In this document: positions 17,052-28,801 of the stretch, in pieces
Position numbering within the stretch: the stretch's first letter is position 1
Layout of the letters: each line of letters begins with the position of its first letter
Origin: Actinomycetota bacterium
GTDB taxonomy: Bacteria; Actinomycetota; UBA4738; HRBIN12
Direction of reading: 5' to 3'
NCBI GenBank assembly: GCA_040880745.1
Contig: JBBDHX010000035.1
Location: 14,068-78,067 of the forward strand
DNA length: 64,000 nt
The notes under the pieces: model-generated
Seen by the model: only the letters and a program-made list of their open reading frames with translations
Databases searched by the model: none
Told to the model about the DNA's origin: nothing
Position numbers and translations under genes: made by a program

Positions 17052-18080
17052 ATGCGTCTCGGCATCCTCACTGGCGGCGGTGACTGCCCGGGGTTGAACG
17101 CCGTCATCCGCGCGGCCGTGCGTTCCGGGATCACGCGCCACGGGCATACGTTCGTCGGCTTCCGTGACGGGTGGCGTGGGGTCCTCGAAGGCGACGTGAT
17201 GGCCCTCGATCTGCCCGCGGTACGGGGGATCCTTCCGCGCGGTGGCACCATCTTGGGCTCCTCCGGGGCCGATCCGATGCGCATCACCGATGGCCCCGAA
17301 CAGGTCCGCGGGGCACTCGCGCGCCACGAGATCGATGGTCTTCTCGCGATAGGCGGCGAAGGGACCCTGGGTGCCGCGGCGGACCTGCTCGCCCACGACG
17401 TGCCGGTGATCGGCATCCCGAAGACCATCGACAACGACCTGCCGGGGACAGACGTCACCGTGGGGTTCCGCACGGCTGCCCAGGTGGCCACCGACGCGAT
17501 CGACCGGCTGCATTCCACGGCGGAGAGCCACGACCGCGTGATGGTCGTCGAGGTGATGGGCCGCCACGCCGGCTGGATCGGCTTGGAGGCGGCCCTGGGT
17601 GGGGGAGCAGACCTGCTGCTCATCCCCGAGGTTCCGTTCGACCTGGAGGACGTGTGCCGTCACCTGCGCCACCGGCACATGAACACGGCGTCGTTCTCCA
17701 TCGTGGTGGTGGCCGAAGGGGCGACCCCGGTCCCCGGCACCTTCGAGGTGCCGCCCTATCCGCTCGATCCGAACGGCTTCCCGCGTCTCGGCGGCATCTC
17801 GAACGTCCTCGCGCCCGAGATCGCACGGATGACCGGCTACGAGACACGGGTCACCATCCTCGGGCACGTCCAGCGAGGAGGGTCCCCCGTGGCGTTCGAC
17901 CGCGTGCTCGGAACGCGGTTCGGTTTGGCCGCCGTCGAGCTGGCGAGCGCAGGGGCCTGGGGGCGCATGGTCTCCCGCGCCGGGCAAGAGGTGATCGACG
18001 TGGATCTGCAGGAGGCCCGGGGTCCGCGCAGGGTGGTGCCGATCGACCGCTTCCGCGAGGCCGAGGTCTTCTTCGGATGA
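17052..18080 (+). CDS. pfkA: 6-phosphofructokinase (ATP- or PPi-dependent, actinobacterial type)
   Basis: 'RLGILTGGGDCPGLNAVIR', 'IGGEGTL', 'IPKTIDNDL' and 'EVMGRHAGW' are PFK motifs. Starts at ATG 17052. Confidence 0.9.
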   Translation: MRLGILTGGGDCPGLNAVIRAAVRSGITRHGHTFVGFRDGWRGVLEGDVMALDLPAVRGILPRGGTILGSSGADPMRITDGPEQVRGALARHEIDGLLAIGGEGTLGAAADLLAHDVPVIGIPKTIDNDLPGTDVTVGFRTAAQVATDAIDRLHSTAESHDRVMVVEVMGRHAGWIGLEAALGGGADLLLIPEVPFDLEDVCRHLRHRHMNTASFSIVVVAEGATPVPGTFEVPPYPLDPNGFPRLGGISNVLAPEIARMTGYETRVTILGHVQRGGSPVAFDRVLGTRFGLAAVELASAGAWGRMVSRAGQEVIDVDLQEARGPRRVVPIDRFREAEVFFG

Positions 18081-18109
18081 GCGTGCCGGGCCGCCGATAG
18101 ACTCCGCGG

Positions 18110-19162
18110 GTGCCGCGTTTCCGCGTCGATCTGCGCTCGGACACCGTGACGTCGCCTTCACCGGCGATGCGCGAGGCCATGTCGAAGGCCGACGTGGGTG
18201 ACGCCTGGTACGGCGATGACCCCACGGTCAACCGTCTGCAGGAACGCGCCGCCGAGCTCACGGGGACCGAGGCCGCGCTGTACGTGGCCACGGGCACGAT
18301 GGGCAACCAGATCGGCGTGCGCCTGCACGCCGGCGGCGCTGGGCACCTCATCGCGTGCGAGTCGCAGGCGCACGTGGCCACCACGGAGATGATGACTTCG
18401 GCCGCGATCGCCGGCCTGTCCTACCGGACGGGCACCGATCATCCGCGCGGCTACATGACCGGGGCGCTCGCCGAACGGCTCTTGGCGCGTGATGATTACT
18501 TCGACGTCGAGGTGGTCGACCTGCTCGCGGTGGAGAACACGGTCGGCGGGTACGGCGGGACGGTCCTACCGTCTGCCGAACTGGCGGCCGTGCACCGCGT
18601 CACCGAAGCGGCCGGCGTCCCGATCCATCTGGACGGCGCGCGGATGTGGAACGCGGCGGCCCTCACGGGAGAGAGCGTGACCGCGTGGACGTCGCACGCC
18701 GCGACCACGATGTTCTGCCTCTCGAAGGGTCTCGGCGCTCCGATCGGGTCGCTGCTCTGCGGCCCGGCCGATCTCATCCGCGAGGCCCGGCGGATCTGGA
18801 TCTTGTACGGCGGAGCGTGGCGCCAGGCCGGGATCATGGCGGCCGCGGGGTTGATGGCCCTCGAGGAAGGCCCCGCGCGTCTGGGCGAGGACCACGTTCG
18901 CGCCACACGGTTGGGGGAGGCCCTGCAGGAGATCGCCCCCGGTTCGGTCGATCCGGATCAGGTCGAAACGAACATGGTGTTCATCGACACAGAGGTGGTG
19001 GGCGTGGCGCCCGCCGACGCGATCGAGCGGCTGGCCGCGCTCGGCGTGGGTGCCGTGCCGATCCCCGGCGGGGTTCGGTGCGTAACCCACATGGACGTTG
19101 ACGACGCCGGACTCGCCTTCGCGATCGACGCGTGGCGGTCCGCCTTGACCGAGGAGCGGTGA
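18110..19162 (+). CDS. ltaE: Low-specificity L-threonine aldolase (PLP)
   Basis: '[18 protein letters not shown]...[14 protein letters not shown]', 'GTMGNQ' and '[13 protein letters not shown]' contain the PLP lysine motif. Starts at GTG. Confidence 0.85.
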   Translation: MPRFRVDLRSDTVTSPSPAMREAMSKADVGDAWYGDDPTVNRLQERAAELTGTEAALYVATGTMGNQIGVRLHAGGAGHLIACESQAHVATTEMMTSAAIAGLSYRTGTDHPRGYMTGALAERLLARDDYFDVEVVDLLAVENTVGGYGGTVLPSAELAAVHRVTEAAGVPIHLDGARMWNAAALTGESVTAWTSHAATTMFCLSKGLGAPIGSLLCGPADLIREARRIWILYGGAWRQAGIMAAAGLMALEEGPARLGEDHVRATRLGEALQEIAPGSVDPDQVETNMVFIDTEVVGVAPADAIERLAALGVGAVPIPGGVRCVTHMDVDDAGLAFAIDAWRSALTEER

Positions 19163-19785
19163 TGGGTCTGTTCTCGAAGGAGTATCCGCCGGAGACGGCC
19201 GCCCGTGTGCCGCCCGGCAACCGCCTGGTGAAGACGTGGCCGGTCCTGCACTTCGGGTCGGTACCTCGTTTCGACGGGGTCACGTGGGACCTGCAGGTGC
19301 GTGGTTCGGTGGCCAACCCGTTCACACTCAGCTACGACGAGCTCCGCGCGCTCCCGACCGCGCGCATCGACGCCGACATGCACTGCGTGACCGGCTGGAC
19401 GACGCTCGACAACACCTGGGAGGGAGTGCCGTTCGGTGCGATCCGGGACATGGCCTCACCCTCACCGGAGGCGGCGTGGGTGATCGCCCACGGCGCGAAC
19501 GGGTACACGTCCAACCTGTCCTTGGCTGCGATGGACGAGGACGACGTGCTCCTCGCGTGGCGGAACCACGGCGAGGACCTGAGCCCCGACCACGGATGGC
19601 CGTTGCGACTCGTGGTCCCCAAGCGCTACGCATGGAAGAGCGCGAAGTGGCTGACCGCCCTGGAGTTCACGGACAAGAACCGGCGAGGGTTCTGGGAAGA
19701 GCGCGGGTATCACGTGCACGCCGAGCCGTTCGCGGAGGAGCGGTACTCCTACCAGGAGGGCCCGCGCGCCGCGATGGAGCCCTAG
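19162..19785 (+). CDS. Sulfite-oxidase-family molybdopterin-binding oxidoreductase domain protein (no signal peptide seen)
   Basis: ATG overlaps the ltaE stop (TGATG). 'DMHCVTGWT' (Mo-ligand Cys context) and 'GWPLRLVVPKRYAWKSAKWL' fit the family. Confidence 0.75.
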   Translation: MGLFSKEYPPETAARVPPGNRLVKTWPVLHFGSVPRFDGVTWDLQVRGSVANPFTLSYDELRALPTARIDADMHCVTGWTTLDNTWEGVPFGAIRDMASPSPEAAWVIAHGANGYTSNLSLAAMDEDDVLLAWRNHGEDLSPDHGWPLRLVVPKRYAWKSAKWLTALEFTDKNRRGFWEERGYHVHAEPFAEERYSYQEGPRAAMEP

Positions 19786-19793
19786 GGCAGCCC

Positions 19794-20870
19794 GTGACGA
19801 GCGTCGTGATCACGATGCCGGCCTACCGGGCCGCGCAGACGTTGGCTCGCACGGTCGAAGACATCCCCGAGGGGATCGCGAGCCATCTCGTCCTGGTCGA
19901 TGATGCCAGCCCCGACGAGACCGTCGAGGTGGCCCGGGCGCTCGGGTTGCATGTCCGGGTCCACCCGGAGAACCGCGGGTACGGCGGCAACCAGAAGACG
20001 TGCTACCGGGAGGCCCTCGATCTGGGCGGTGACATCGTCGTCCTGCTGCACCCGGACTACCAGTACGACCCGAAGGCGGTGCCGCTGCTGATCGCGCCGA
20101 TCCTGGCCGGCTACGCCGACATGACGTTCGGCTCGCGGTTCGCCGGGCTCGGTGACCCGCGAGCCGGCGGGATGCCCCTGTACCGCTACCTCGGCAACCG
20201 GTTGACCACGGTCCTGGAGAACCTCGCGCTCGGTACGCACTTCACCGAGACCCACAGCGGGATGCGCGCGTACACCCGAGATTGCCTGCTGCGGATGCCG
20301 CTGTTGGGGTACTCCGACGACTTCTGGTTCGACACGCAGTTCCTGGTCGACGCGGTGACGTCGGGGATGCGCGTGATCGAGGTCCCGATCCCCACGCGCT
20401 ACACGGCCGAGTCCTCCTCGATCGGGATCGGCCGGTCGCTGCGGTACGTGGCGGCCTCCTTGGCGTACGCCGCGCGGATGTCGGCCGCTCGCGGCCGCAA
20501 GGGCCGCAGGAACCCGGTGGCTCGCCGCCCGCGACCGAGTGGCGGAGCCGAGGACCTCCGGATCGAGGTGCCGGGTCCGCTCGAGCACGCTCGTATCGCG
20601 GAGGTCGCGGGGGCCTTCATGGGCGGCCCCTCCGCCACGTTGGTCACCCCGCCGGAGAGGGAGGACCCCTCGGTGAGTCTCGATGCCGCCGTCGAGACGG
20701 CGGGCCTCGAGGGGATCATCGCGCTCCTCATCGATGCCGGCGACCGGTCTGGGTCGCACGCAGCGGCACGGGTGCAGCGGCTCCTGGAGGCGCGCGCTCT
20801 TCGGCTGATCGCGTGGGAGGGTGCCGGCGAGCGGTTCGTGGCCCTGGCTCGGGCGCCAGGACAGGGCTAG
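19794..20870 (+). CDS. Family 2 glycosyltransferase with an extra C-terminal region of about 130 aa and unknown function
   Basis: Starts at GTG 19794. 'VVITMPAYRAAQTL...LVLVDDASPDET' and 'HPDYQYDP' (DXD-like) fit GT2. Confidence 0.8.
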   Translation: MTSVVITMPAYRAAQTLARTVEDIPEGIASHLVLVDDASPDETVEVARALGLHVRVHPENRGYGGNQKTCYREALDLGGDIVVLLHPDYQYDPKAVPLLIAPILAGYADMTFGSRFAGLGDPRAGGMPLYRYLGNRLTTVLENLALGTHFTETHSGMRAYTRDCLLRMPLLGYSDDFWFDTQFLVDAVTSGMRVIEVPIPTRYTAESSSIGIGRSLRYVAASLAYAARMSAARGRKGRRNPVARRPRPSGGAEDLRIEVPGPLEHARIAEVAGAFMGGPSATLVTPPEREDPSVSLDAAVETAGLEGIIALLIDAGDRSGSHAAARVQRLLEARALRLIAWEGAGERFVALARAPGQG

Positions 20871-20883
20871 CGCCGTTCGGTGA

Positions 20884-22752
<1,869 letters not shown>

Positions 22753-22810
22753 CGACCTCCCGGTGGGGAAGCGCTCATCATCGGGATGGGAGGGAGCGCG
22801 TCCGGGCCGG

Positions 22811-23551
22811 ATGCTACCGCCGAGGGGGCCGGGAACCGTGGAGCCAACGAGGGAACCTGTGGGGAACCTGGCGGGTGACCTGGCCAGGATCGAGGCCGCG
22901 GTCGCTGCCGGGCAGACCGACCTGCGCATCCTGGGGTTCTGGACCGCGGTCGCCGCGATCAAGCGTGATCCGGCCCTGATCGAGGCCCACGCCGACCAGG
23001 TGGGACGGATCGACACAGCGGCTTTCCGGGCCCGGGTGCGCCCGCGGTTCCCCGTGTGGGTGGGCAACGCGGCCCTCGTGGGCGTCCTGCTGGGAGGCGC
23101 GGCCGCGGTCGTCGTGGCTTCGGTCGCCGAGGGGTCGCTGGCCGGCCTGGCGCTCGTGGCAGCCGCGGTCGCGTGGTCGGTCGGCGCTCACTCCCCGGCT
23201 CACTGGGTCGTGGGAAGGGTGGTGGGGATCAGGTCGACCGACTACTTCTTCGGGGGCCCGCCGCCGCCGCGCCCGGGGCTCAAGACCGACTACGCGTCCT
23301 ACCTGCGAACGTCGGCGCGCGCCCGGGCCTGGTTCCACGCGAGCGGGGCACTCGCGACGAAGGCCGCCCCGTTCGTCGCCCTCGGCCTCGCGCCCCTCAC
23401 GAACGCGCCGGGCTGGGCGGTCCTGGCGACGCTCGGCCTCGGGCTGGTGCAGATCGCGACGGACCTCGCCTTCAGCGTGAAGACGAGCGACTGGAAGAAG
23501 TTCCGCCGGGAGATGGCGATCGCGCACGAGGCCGCCGCGCGAGCGGGCTAG
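22811..23551 (+). CDS. Hypothetical polytopic membrane protein
   Basis: ATG 22811 lies divergent from pknB. It has several hydrophobic helices and good GC3 bias. I did not recognise any family. Confidence 0.5.
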   Translation: MLPPRGPGTVEPTREPVGNLAGDLARIEAAVAAGQTDLRILGFWTAVAAIKRDPALIEAHADQVGRIDTAAFRARVRPRFPVWVGNAALVGVLLGGAAAVVVASVAEGSLAGLALVAAAVAWSVGAHSPAHWVVGRVVGIRSTDYFFGGPPPPRPGLKTDYASYLRTSARARAWFHASGALATKAAPFVALGLAPLTNAPGWAVLATLGLGLVQIATDLAFSVKTSDWKKFRREMAIAHEAAARAG

Positions 23552-23577
23552 ACCGGCCGAGCAGATCGCGTCGGCTC

Positions 23578-24624
23578 TCAGCGCAGCCAGGTCTGGATGA
23601 TGACCTTGGAGAAGTTCCAGCCGTAGCGAAGGCTCTTCGGTTTCTTGGTCGTCCCACCCGCCCGGGCGACGATCGTGACAGGCACCTCCACCACCTTCGC
23701 GCGGTGACGCAAGGCCTCGATGAGGATCTCGCTCGTCCAGAACTGATCCTGCTCCAAGACCAAGCGGCGGAGCAGGTCCGTCCGCGCCGCGCGGTACCCG
23801 CTGGAGGGATCGGTGATCCTGCGGCCGGTCAACACCGTGACGAGCCGCGAGAAGACATGCACGCCGATGTGGCGGATGAGCGAATCCTGTTCGAACGCGC
23901 CCAGCAGGCGCGAACCGTTCACGTAGTCGGCGCGGCCATCGAGGATGGGCTCGATCAGCACGGGCAACTCATCGGCACGATGCTGGCCGTCGGCGTCCAT
24001 CGTCACGACGATCTCCGCGCCGAGTTGCAGCGCGATCTCATACCCCACGCGGAGCGCGAGGCCGCCTCCGCGACGGATCGGCAGCTCCGCGACCAGCGCG
24101 CCGGCATCACGGGCCACACGTGCCGTGGCGTCCTCGCTGCCGTCGCTCACCACGAGCGGGACCACGAGCATCCCCGCGATCTCCTCGGGCAGCGCGGCCA
24201 CGACGGCCGCGACGTTCTCGGCCTCGTTGTACGCGGGGGAGACCACCACCAGGCGCCTCCCCTCGGGCAGGGCGTCGGCGCGCGACCAGTCGAACCGCTC
24301 GCGCCCCATGGCCTCGACGAGCAGCCGCACCGTGCGCTCGTTCTCGTCGGCATGCGCTTGCGCCCGCAGCACGAGGCCGAGCAGCACGAAGAACCCGACG
24401 GTCAGGACGAAGACGAGGCGTCGTTCGTCGCCCTTGGCGACGTCGAACCACCCGAACACCGGCTCGAACAAGCTGGGGGAGAGCGAAAGCATCGTCACGA
24501 CGAGCGCGAGCCCAGCGACGATAAGCAGCGAGAGGCGGCTGATCCGGCGCCGTGCATGTGCACGGACGGAGACCACGAACACCCACAGGGCGGCGACCGC
24601 GCCGATGAGCCGAACGGCTGTCAA
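23578..24624 (-). CDS. Membrane-anchored GT2 glycosyltransferase (polyprenyl-phosphate sugar synthase-like: DPM1/GtrB/ArnC type)
   Basis: Two N-terminal TM helices are followed by 'VVVSPAYNEAENV', 'VVSDGSEDAT', 'VVTMDADGQH' and 'DYVNGSR'. Confidence 0.8.
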   Translation of the reverse strand: MTAVRLIGAVAALWVFVVSVRAHARRRISRLSLLIVAGLALVVTMLSLSPSLFEPVFGWFDVAKGDERRLVFVLTVGFFVLLGLVLRAQAHADENERTVRLLVEAMGRERFDWSRADALPEGRRLVVVSPAYNEAENVAAVVAALPEEIAGMLVVPLVVSDGSEDATARVARDAGALVAELPIRRGGGLALRVGYEIALQLGAEIVVTMDADGQHRADELPVLIEPILDGRADYVNGSRLLGAFEQDSLIRHIGVHVFSRLVTVLTGRRITDPSSGYRAARTDLLRRLVLEQDQFWTSEILIEALRHRAKVVEVPVTIVARAGGTTKKPKSLRYGWNFSKVIIQTWLR

Positions 24625-24634
24625 TCGCGCGCCC

Positions 24635-25786
24635 TCAGGCCCGCCAGCGGTCGCGGGGCAAGATGTGGTCGGGGAGCACCCGCTCGCGGAACCGCTCGAT
24701 CGTCGCGAACATGGACTCGATCAAGGTCTCGTTGAGCAGACGCGGCTGCAGCCCCAGATCGAGGAGCTTGGTGTGCACGGGGTTGTAGTAGTGCTCCTCG
24801 GCCTCCGTGCGCGGGTTCGCCACCGGGACGACGTCGACGTCGATCCCAACCTCGGCTCCGGCCTTCTGCACGATCTCGGCGAGATCCAGGATCGAGAAGC
24901 GCTCGGTGAACTGGTTGAAGACGCGGTACTCGCCAGGTTCGGCCGGGTGCGTGAGCGCCAGTTCGACGCATTGCAGGGTGTCCTCGATGTTGAGGTAGCC
25001 GCGGGTCTGCCCGCCCTTGCCGTAGACCGTGAGCGGGTGGCCGATCACGGCCTGGACGCAGAACCGGTTCAGCGCCGTCCCGAAGACGTCGTCGTAGTCG
25101 AACCGGGTGAGGAGCCGATCATCGAGCGCCGTCTCCTCGGTGCGGATGCCGTAGACCACGCCCTGGTTCAGATCGGTGGCGGCCAGACCCCAGATGCGGC
25201 TGGCGAAATGGATGTTGTGCGAGTCGTGCACCTTCGACAGGTGATACATCGACCCCGGCATCTTCGGGAACGGCAGGTAGTCCGATCGCCCGTTGTGATG
25301 GATCTCGATGAAGCCCTCTTCGATGTCGATGTTGGGCGTGCCGTACTCACCCATCGTGCCGAGCTTGACCAGGTGACAACCTGGGGCGATGTCGCGGATC
25401 GCGAAGAGCACATTGAGCGTGTTCACGACGTTGTTCGTCTGGGTGAAGACGGCGTGCTCGCGGTCCTTCATGGAGTACGGAGCGCTCGGCATCTCGCCGT
25501 AATGCACGACGGCTTCGGGCTGGGTCTGGCGGAAGACGGCTTCGACGACCGGCCACTCGGTGAGGTCGCCGGCGGTCATCCCGATCTCGAGGCCGGTGTG
25601 TTCCCTCCAGGCTTCGATGCGCTCGGGCAGGGTGGCGATGGGTGTGAGGGAGTCGCTGCCGGCCTCGGCGTGCGCGCGCCTGCGCAGTCCGTCATCGACG
25701 ACGTGGACGTCGTGGCCGCCTGAGGACAAGCGCATAGCGGTGGGCCACCCGAGGTAGCCGTCGCCGCCGAGGATCACGATCCGCAT
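24635..25786 (-). CDS. sqdB: UDP-sulfoquinovose synthase (SQD1/SqdB/Agl3 family SDR)
   Basis: Starts at ATG 25786. There is long colinear similarity to SQD1 as I remember it: 'GGDGYLGWPTA', 'HLVKLGTMGEYGTPNIDIEEG', 'YHLSKVHDSHNI', 'ATDLNQGVVYG', 'FGTALNRFCVQA..GHPLTVYGKGGQTRGYL' and 'EAEEHYYN'. Confidence 0.88.
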   Translation of the reverse strand: MRIVILGGDGYLGWPTAMRLSSGGHDVHVVDDGLRRRAHAEAGSDSLTPIATLPERIEAWREHTGLEIGMTAGDLTEWPVVEAVFRQTQPEAVVHYGEMPSAPYSMKDREHAVFTQTNNVVNTLNVLFAIRDIAPGCHLVKLGTMGEYGTPNIDIEEGFIEIHHNGRSDYLPFPKMPGSMYHLSKVHDSHNIHFASRIWGLAATDLNQGVVYGIRTEETALDDRLLTRFDYDDVFGTALNRFCVQAVIGHPLTVYGKGGQTRGYLNIEDTLQCVELALTHPAEPGEYRVFNQFTERFSILDLAEIVQKAGAEVGIDVDVVPVANPRTEAEEHYYNPVHTKLLDLGLQPRLLNETLIESMFATIERFRERVLPDHILPRDRWRA

Positions 25787-25847
25787 GATGGGTTCTGCTC
25801 CGAGGGAGGGAGGACGCCACATCCTACCCGGAGGGAGGGTGCGGGCC

Positions 25848-27086
25848 TCAGGAGAGGTCGGCGAGCGCCTGCAGGACGCGGTCCACTTCGTCGGGCAGGT
25901 GGTAATGGCAGAACCCGATGCGCACCGCGCCGCCGGACTCGAGCAGACCGAGCCGCTCGAACACCTCGATCGCGTAGTAGTGGCCGTCCCACGTGAAGAT
26001 GCCTCGCTCGGCGAGTGCCGCGGACGTGTCGAGCGGATGCTGCTCGCCCAGACGGATCGCGAACGTCGAGGTCCGCTCGCCGAGGCGACCAGGATCGGCG
26101 ATCCCGAACAGCCGGACGCCGCGGATCCGCCCGAGACCGTCGAGGAACCTCGCGGACAACGAGGCCTCGTGCGCGCCGATCGCGGCGAACGCATCGGCGA
26201 GGCGCTCACGGCGCATGGCGCCCGCTCCGAGCCCCGCCAAGTAGTCGATCGCGGCGATCGTGCCGGCCATCGATTCATGGCTCTGCGTCCCGGTCTCCCA
26301 GCGGTCGGGGTCGACGTCGTCCACGGGACGCAACTTGTACGGCTCCCACGACCGCAGCACGTCTCCCCGCACGGCCACCATGCCCTGATGCGGACCGAAG
26401 AACTTGTACGGGCTCGTCGCCAGGATGTCTGCGCCCGAGTCGTGCAGGCCGGGGAGCCTGTGCTGCGCGAAGTGCACCCCGTCGAGCACCACCAGCGCCC
26501 CTACCGCCTTGGCCCGGCGGACCACCTCGCCGACCGGTGGTGTGGTCCCGACGGCGTTGGAGGCGAGGGTGCACGCGACCAAACGTGTCCGGTCCGAGAG
26601 CGCCGCGTCCAGGGAATCGAGGTCGAGGGTCACGTCCGCCGGGTCGATGTCGACCCAGCGCACCGTCGCGCCGGCATCGCGCGCCGCCAGGACCCACGGC
26701 CGGACGTTCGCGTCATGGTCCAAGCGTGTGACCACGACCTCGTCATCAGGCCCGAGCGTCCGCGAGAAGGAACGCGAGAGATGCAGCAGGACCGAGGTCG
26801 CGTTCTGCCCGAACACCACTTCGTCCGGGTCACACCCCAGGAAGTCGGCCCCGGCCGTGTGCGCGGCTGCGATCACTTCATCGATGGCCCGGCTGGCGGC
26901 GAACGCTCCGTGGGTGTTGGAGGCGCCTTCGCGCATCCGTCCCGCGACCGCCTCGATGACCTCGCTCGGCACCTGCGAGCCGCCGGGCGCGTCAGCCCAG
27001 ACGAACGGGCACCCGTCAGCCGCGGTCCATCCGAGCGCGGGGAAGCGCGCACGGATCGCGGCCACGTCGAGCGAACTCTCACCCAC
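25848..27086 (-). CDS. Class V aminotransferase-fold PLP enzyme (cysteine desulfurase-like family)
   Basis: 412-aa ORF with a GTG start. 'ADAPGGSQVP', 'TSPYKFFGPHQG' (PLP-Lys region) and the overall SufS/CsdA-like layout fit. Confidence 0.8.
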   Translation of the reverse strand: MGESSLDVAAIRARFPALGWTAADGCPFVWADAPGGSQVPSEVIEAVAGRMREGASNTHGAFAASRAIDEVIAAAHTAGADFLGCDPDEVVFGQNATSVLLHLSRSFSRTLGPDDEVVVTRLDHDANVRPWVLAARDAGATVRWVDIDPADVTLDLDSLDAALSDRTRLVACTLASNAVGTTPPVGEVVRRAKAVGALVVLDGVHFAQHRLPGLHDSGADILATSPYKFFGPHQGMVAVRGDVLRSWEPYKLRPVDDVDPDRWETGTQSHESMAGTIAAIDYLAGLGAGAMRRERLADAFAAIGAHEASLSARFLDGLGRIRGVRLFGIADPGRLGERTSTFAIRLGEQHPLDTSAALAERGIFTWDGHYYAIEVFERLGLLESGGAVRIGFCHYHLPDEVDRVLQALADLS

Positions 27087-27132
27087 CGCCGAAGCGTCTC
27101 AGACGCGAGGACCGATCGTGCGGACGTCTGGG

Positions 27133-27915
27133 TCAGGCGGTGCGACCGAGCTGCGCCCGCAGCGTTTCCCCCGTCAGTCCCTCACCCTTGGCGCGAAGGT
27201 CGACGTAGAGCAGGACCGAGACCAACGCCGAGAAGGGCGCGGTCACGATCGACGCGATGGTGGACGTGATCCAGATCAGGAAGAACGACCGCCCGAGCGT
27301 GACCACCTGGGTTACGACGCCGACCAGGAGTCCGGTAACGATCAGAACGGCCACCGCGTGCCAGAAGTTCCCCTTCACCAGGTCCCACGACCGCGAGAGC
27401 GCGTCGGTGCCTTGTTTGCCTTCGATCACGTAGGCCGGCATCGAAACGCCGAGCATGATCATGATGATCAAACCCGGGATCACGAACAGGACGAGCCCGG
27501 CGAGGATGGCCAGGAACGCGAGGAGCGCGATCACGAAGATCCCTCCCAGGTGCGCGAACCCCCAGCGATAGGAGGCTTCGACGTCGACCGGGTCACCGAC
27601 CGTCGCCGCGGCTGCGGCCCTCGTCACCGCCCCCTGCACGGCGAAACCCATCACGAACGAGATCCCGAGCGTGAGCCCTCCCACGACGAGGCCTCCGAAG
27701 AGCCCGCCGAACGTGAAGTACACGCGGACGAGAGCGGCGAGCAGTGCGAGGGGGACGATGTAGATCGCCACGACGCCGATCAGCTTGGCGGCGTTGGCGG
27801 CGTAGAGATCCCAGGCCGCCGACAAGATGTCGCCAAGGCCTCGTGACGGGATCTCGCCGCCGCCACCGGCACTCGGCGGCGGGGGAGGGGGTGGTGCCAT
27901 GCCTGCATCGCTCAT
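27133..27915 (-). CDS. Polytopic membrane protein with a Pro-rich N-terminus
   Basis: ATG 27915 is preceded by AAGGAG. It has about 6 hydrophobic helices. I did not recognise any family with confidence. Confidence 0.6.
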   Translation of the reverse strand: MSDAGMAPPPPPPPSAGGGGEIPSRGLGDILSAAWDLYAANAAKLIGVVAIYIVPLALLAALVRVYFTFGGLFGGLVVGGLTLGISFVMGFAVQGAVTRAAAAATVGDPVDVEASYRWGFAHLGGIFVIALLAFLAILAGLVLFVIPGLIIMIMLGVSMPAYVIEGKQGTDALSRSWDLVKGNFWHAVAVLIVTGLLVGVVTQVVTLGRSFFLIWITSTIASIVTAPFSALVSVLLYVDLRAKGEGLTGETLRAQLGRTA

Positions 27916-27988
27916 CGGGGCTCTCCTTATCGATCGGTGATGAACGAAGCGTAGAGCCTCAGGTGTCTGGGACGTGGAGGCGGGTCGC

Positions 27989-28645
27989 TCAGACTGGAAC
28001 GAGGTCCCAGTTCCCGGGGAGCCCGGCGCCGGCCCACCCGGGCTCGGGCCGCCACTTCTCCCAGTCCTCGTCGAAGGGTGGCTCGCGCAGCAACACGTGC
28101 TCGACCGCGCGTTCGCCCCAATGGCGGAACCACGCGGCGTCCTCTTCGGTGAACATCCCCTGTTCCACGGCCTGGGCCAGTTCGTCCTCGTCCTTCCATG
28201 CCCACGAGGACCGATCCGGGGGGATCTGGACATCGAGGAGGTGTTCGACCGTGTCGAAGCCCGAGGGGGAACGCTGCAGCGGCGTCTGGAGGTTGATGTA
28301 GTACTCGGTCAGCGAACCTCCGTCATAGCCCAGGATCACTGCGTAGGGGGTGTCCGGGAAGGCGAACGAGAGCATGCTGGTCGCGCCGCGTTCTTCGTCG
28401 CGGAGCGTCCAGTCGGCGGCGGGCAGACGGAGTTCGGTTCCATCGGGACCGACGGGCACCTTGCACTGCACACCGGGCGGGACGTGGAGCATCTGCAGGT
28501 TCGGATCGTCACGGACGACGACGGCGGGCCGTGCGGAGAAGACCTTGCCGTCCCAGATCTCGCGGATCGCCACGACGTCTCCGGGGCGGTGCGGAGGCTG
28601 GATGTGGTCGTCGGGCTCACGCGTCGCGACCGCCTTCCCACCCAT
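27989..28645 (-). CDS. DUF402 (FomD/Ntdp-like nucleoside di/triphosphatase fold) protein
   Basis: 'YYINLQTP...DTVEHLLDVQI' and the overall length match DUF402 proteins as I remember them. Confidence 0.65.
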   Translation of the reverse strand: MGGKAVATREPDDHIQPPHRPGDVVAIREIWDGKVFSARPAVVVRDDPNLQMLHVPPGVQCKVPVGPDGTELRLPAADWTLRDEERGATSMLSFAFPDTPYAVILGYDGGSLTEYYINLQTPLQRSPSGFDTVEHLLDVQIPPDRSSWAWKDEDELAQAVEQGMFTEEDAAWFRHWGERAVEHVLLREPPFDEDWEKWRPEPGWAGAGLPGNWDLVPV

Positions 28646-28745
28646 GTGTTGGAGCCTACGTCTCGCCGGTGGTCCCGTGTGGCCCGGTTCCCATCGATCG
28701 GTCTTGACGGATGTCGGAGGAGGGGAGTACCTTCAGCAGTCCCTC

Positions 28746-28761
28746 TCGAACATACGTTCGA
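28746..28761. promoter_or_regulatory. LexA (SOS) box, perfect palindrome TCGAACATACGTTCGA
   Basis: It is an exact match to the actinobacterial/Gram-positive consensus TCGAAC-N4-GTTCGA and lies 41 nt upstream of ATG 28802. The embedded TACGTT fits a TANNNT -10 hexamer. It is the only such palindrome I found in the window. Confidence 0.8.
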
Positions 28762-28801
28762 TTCTCCTCCCGAGGGGCAGGCGATCACAGGCAGGCCGGG
28801 G

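Noticed and set aside
22753-23067. The N-terminal extension of the PknB ORF back to 23067
   Set aside because: The extension is Arg/Ala/Pro-rich and overlaps the divergent membrane-protein gene. ATG 22752 has a GGAGG upstream and gives a normal distance to the kinase Gly-loop.
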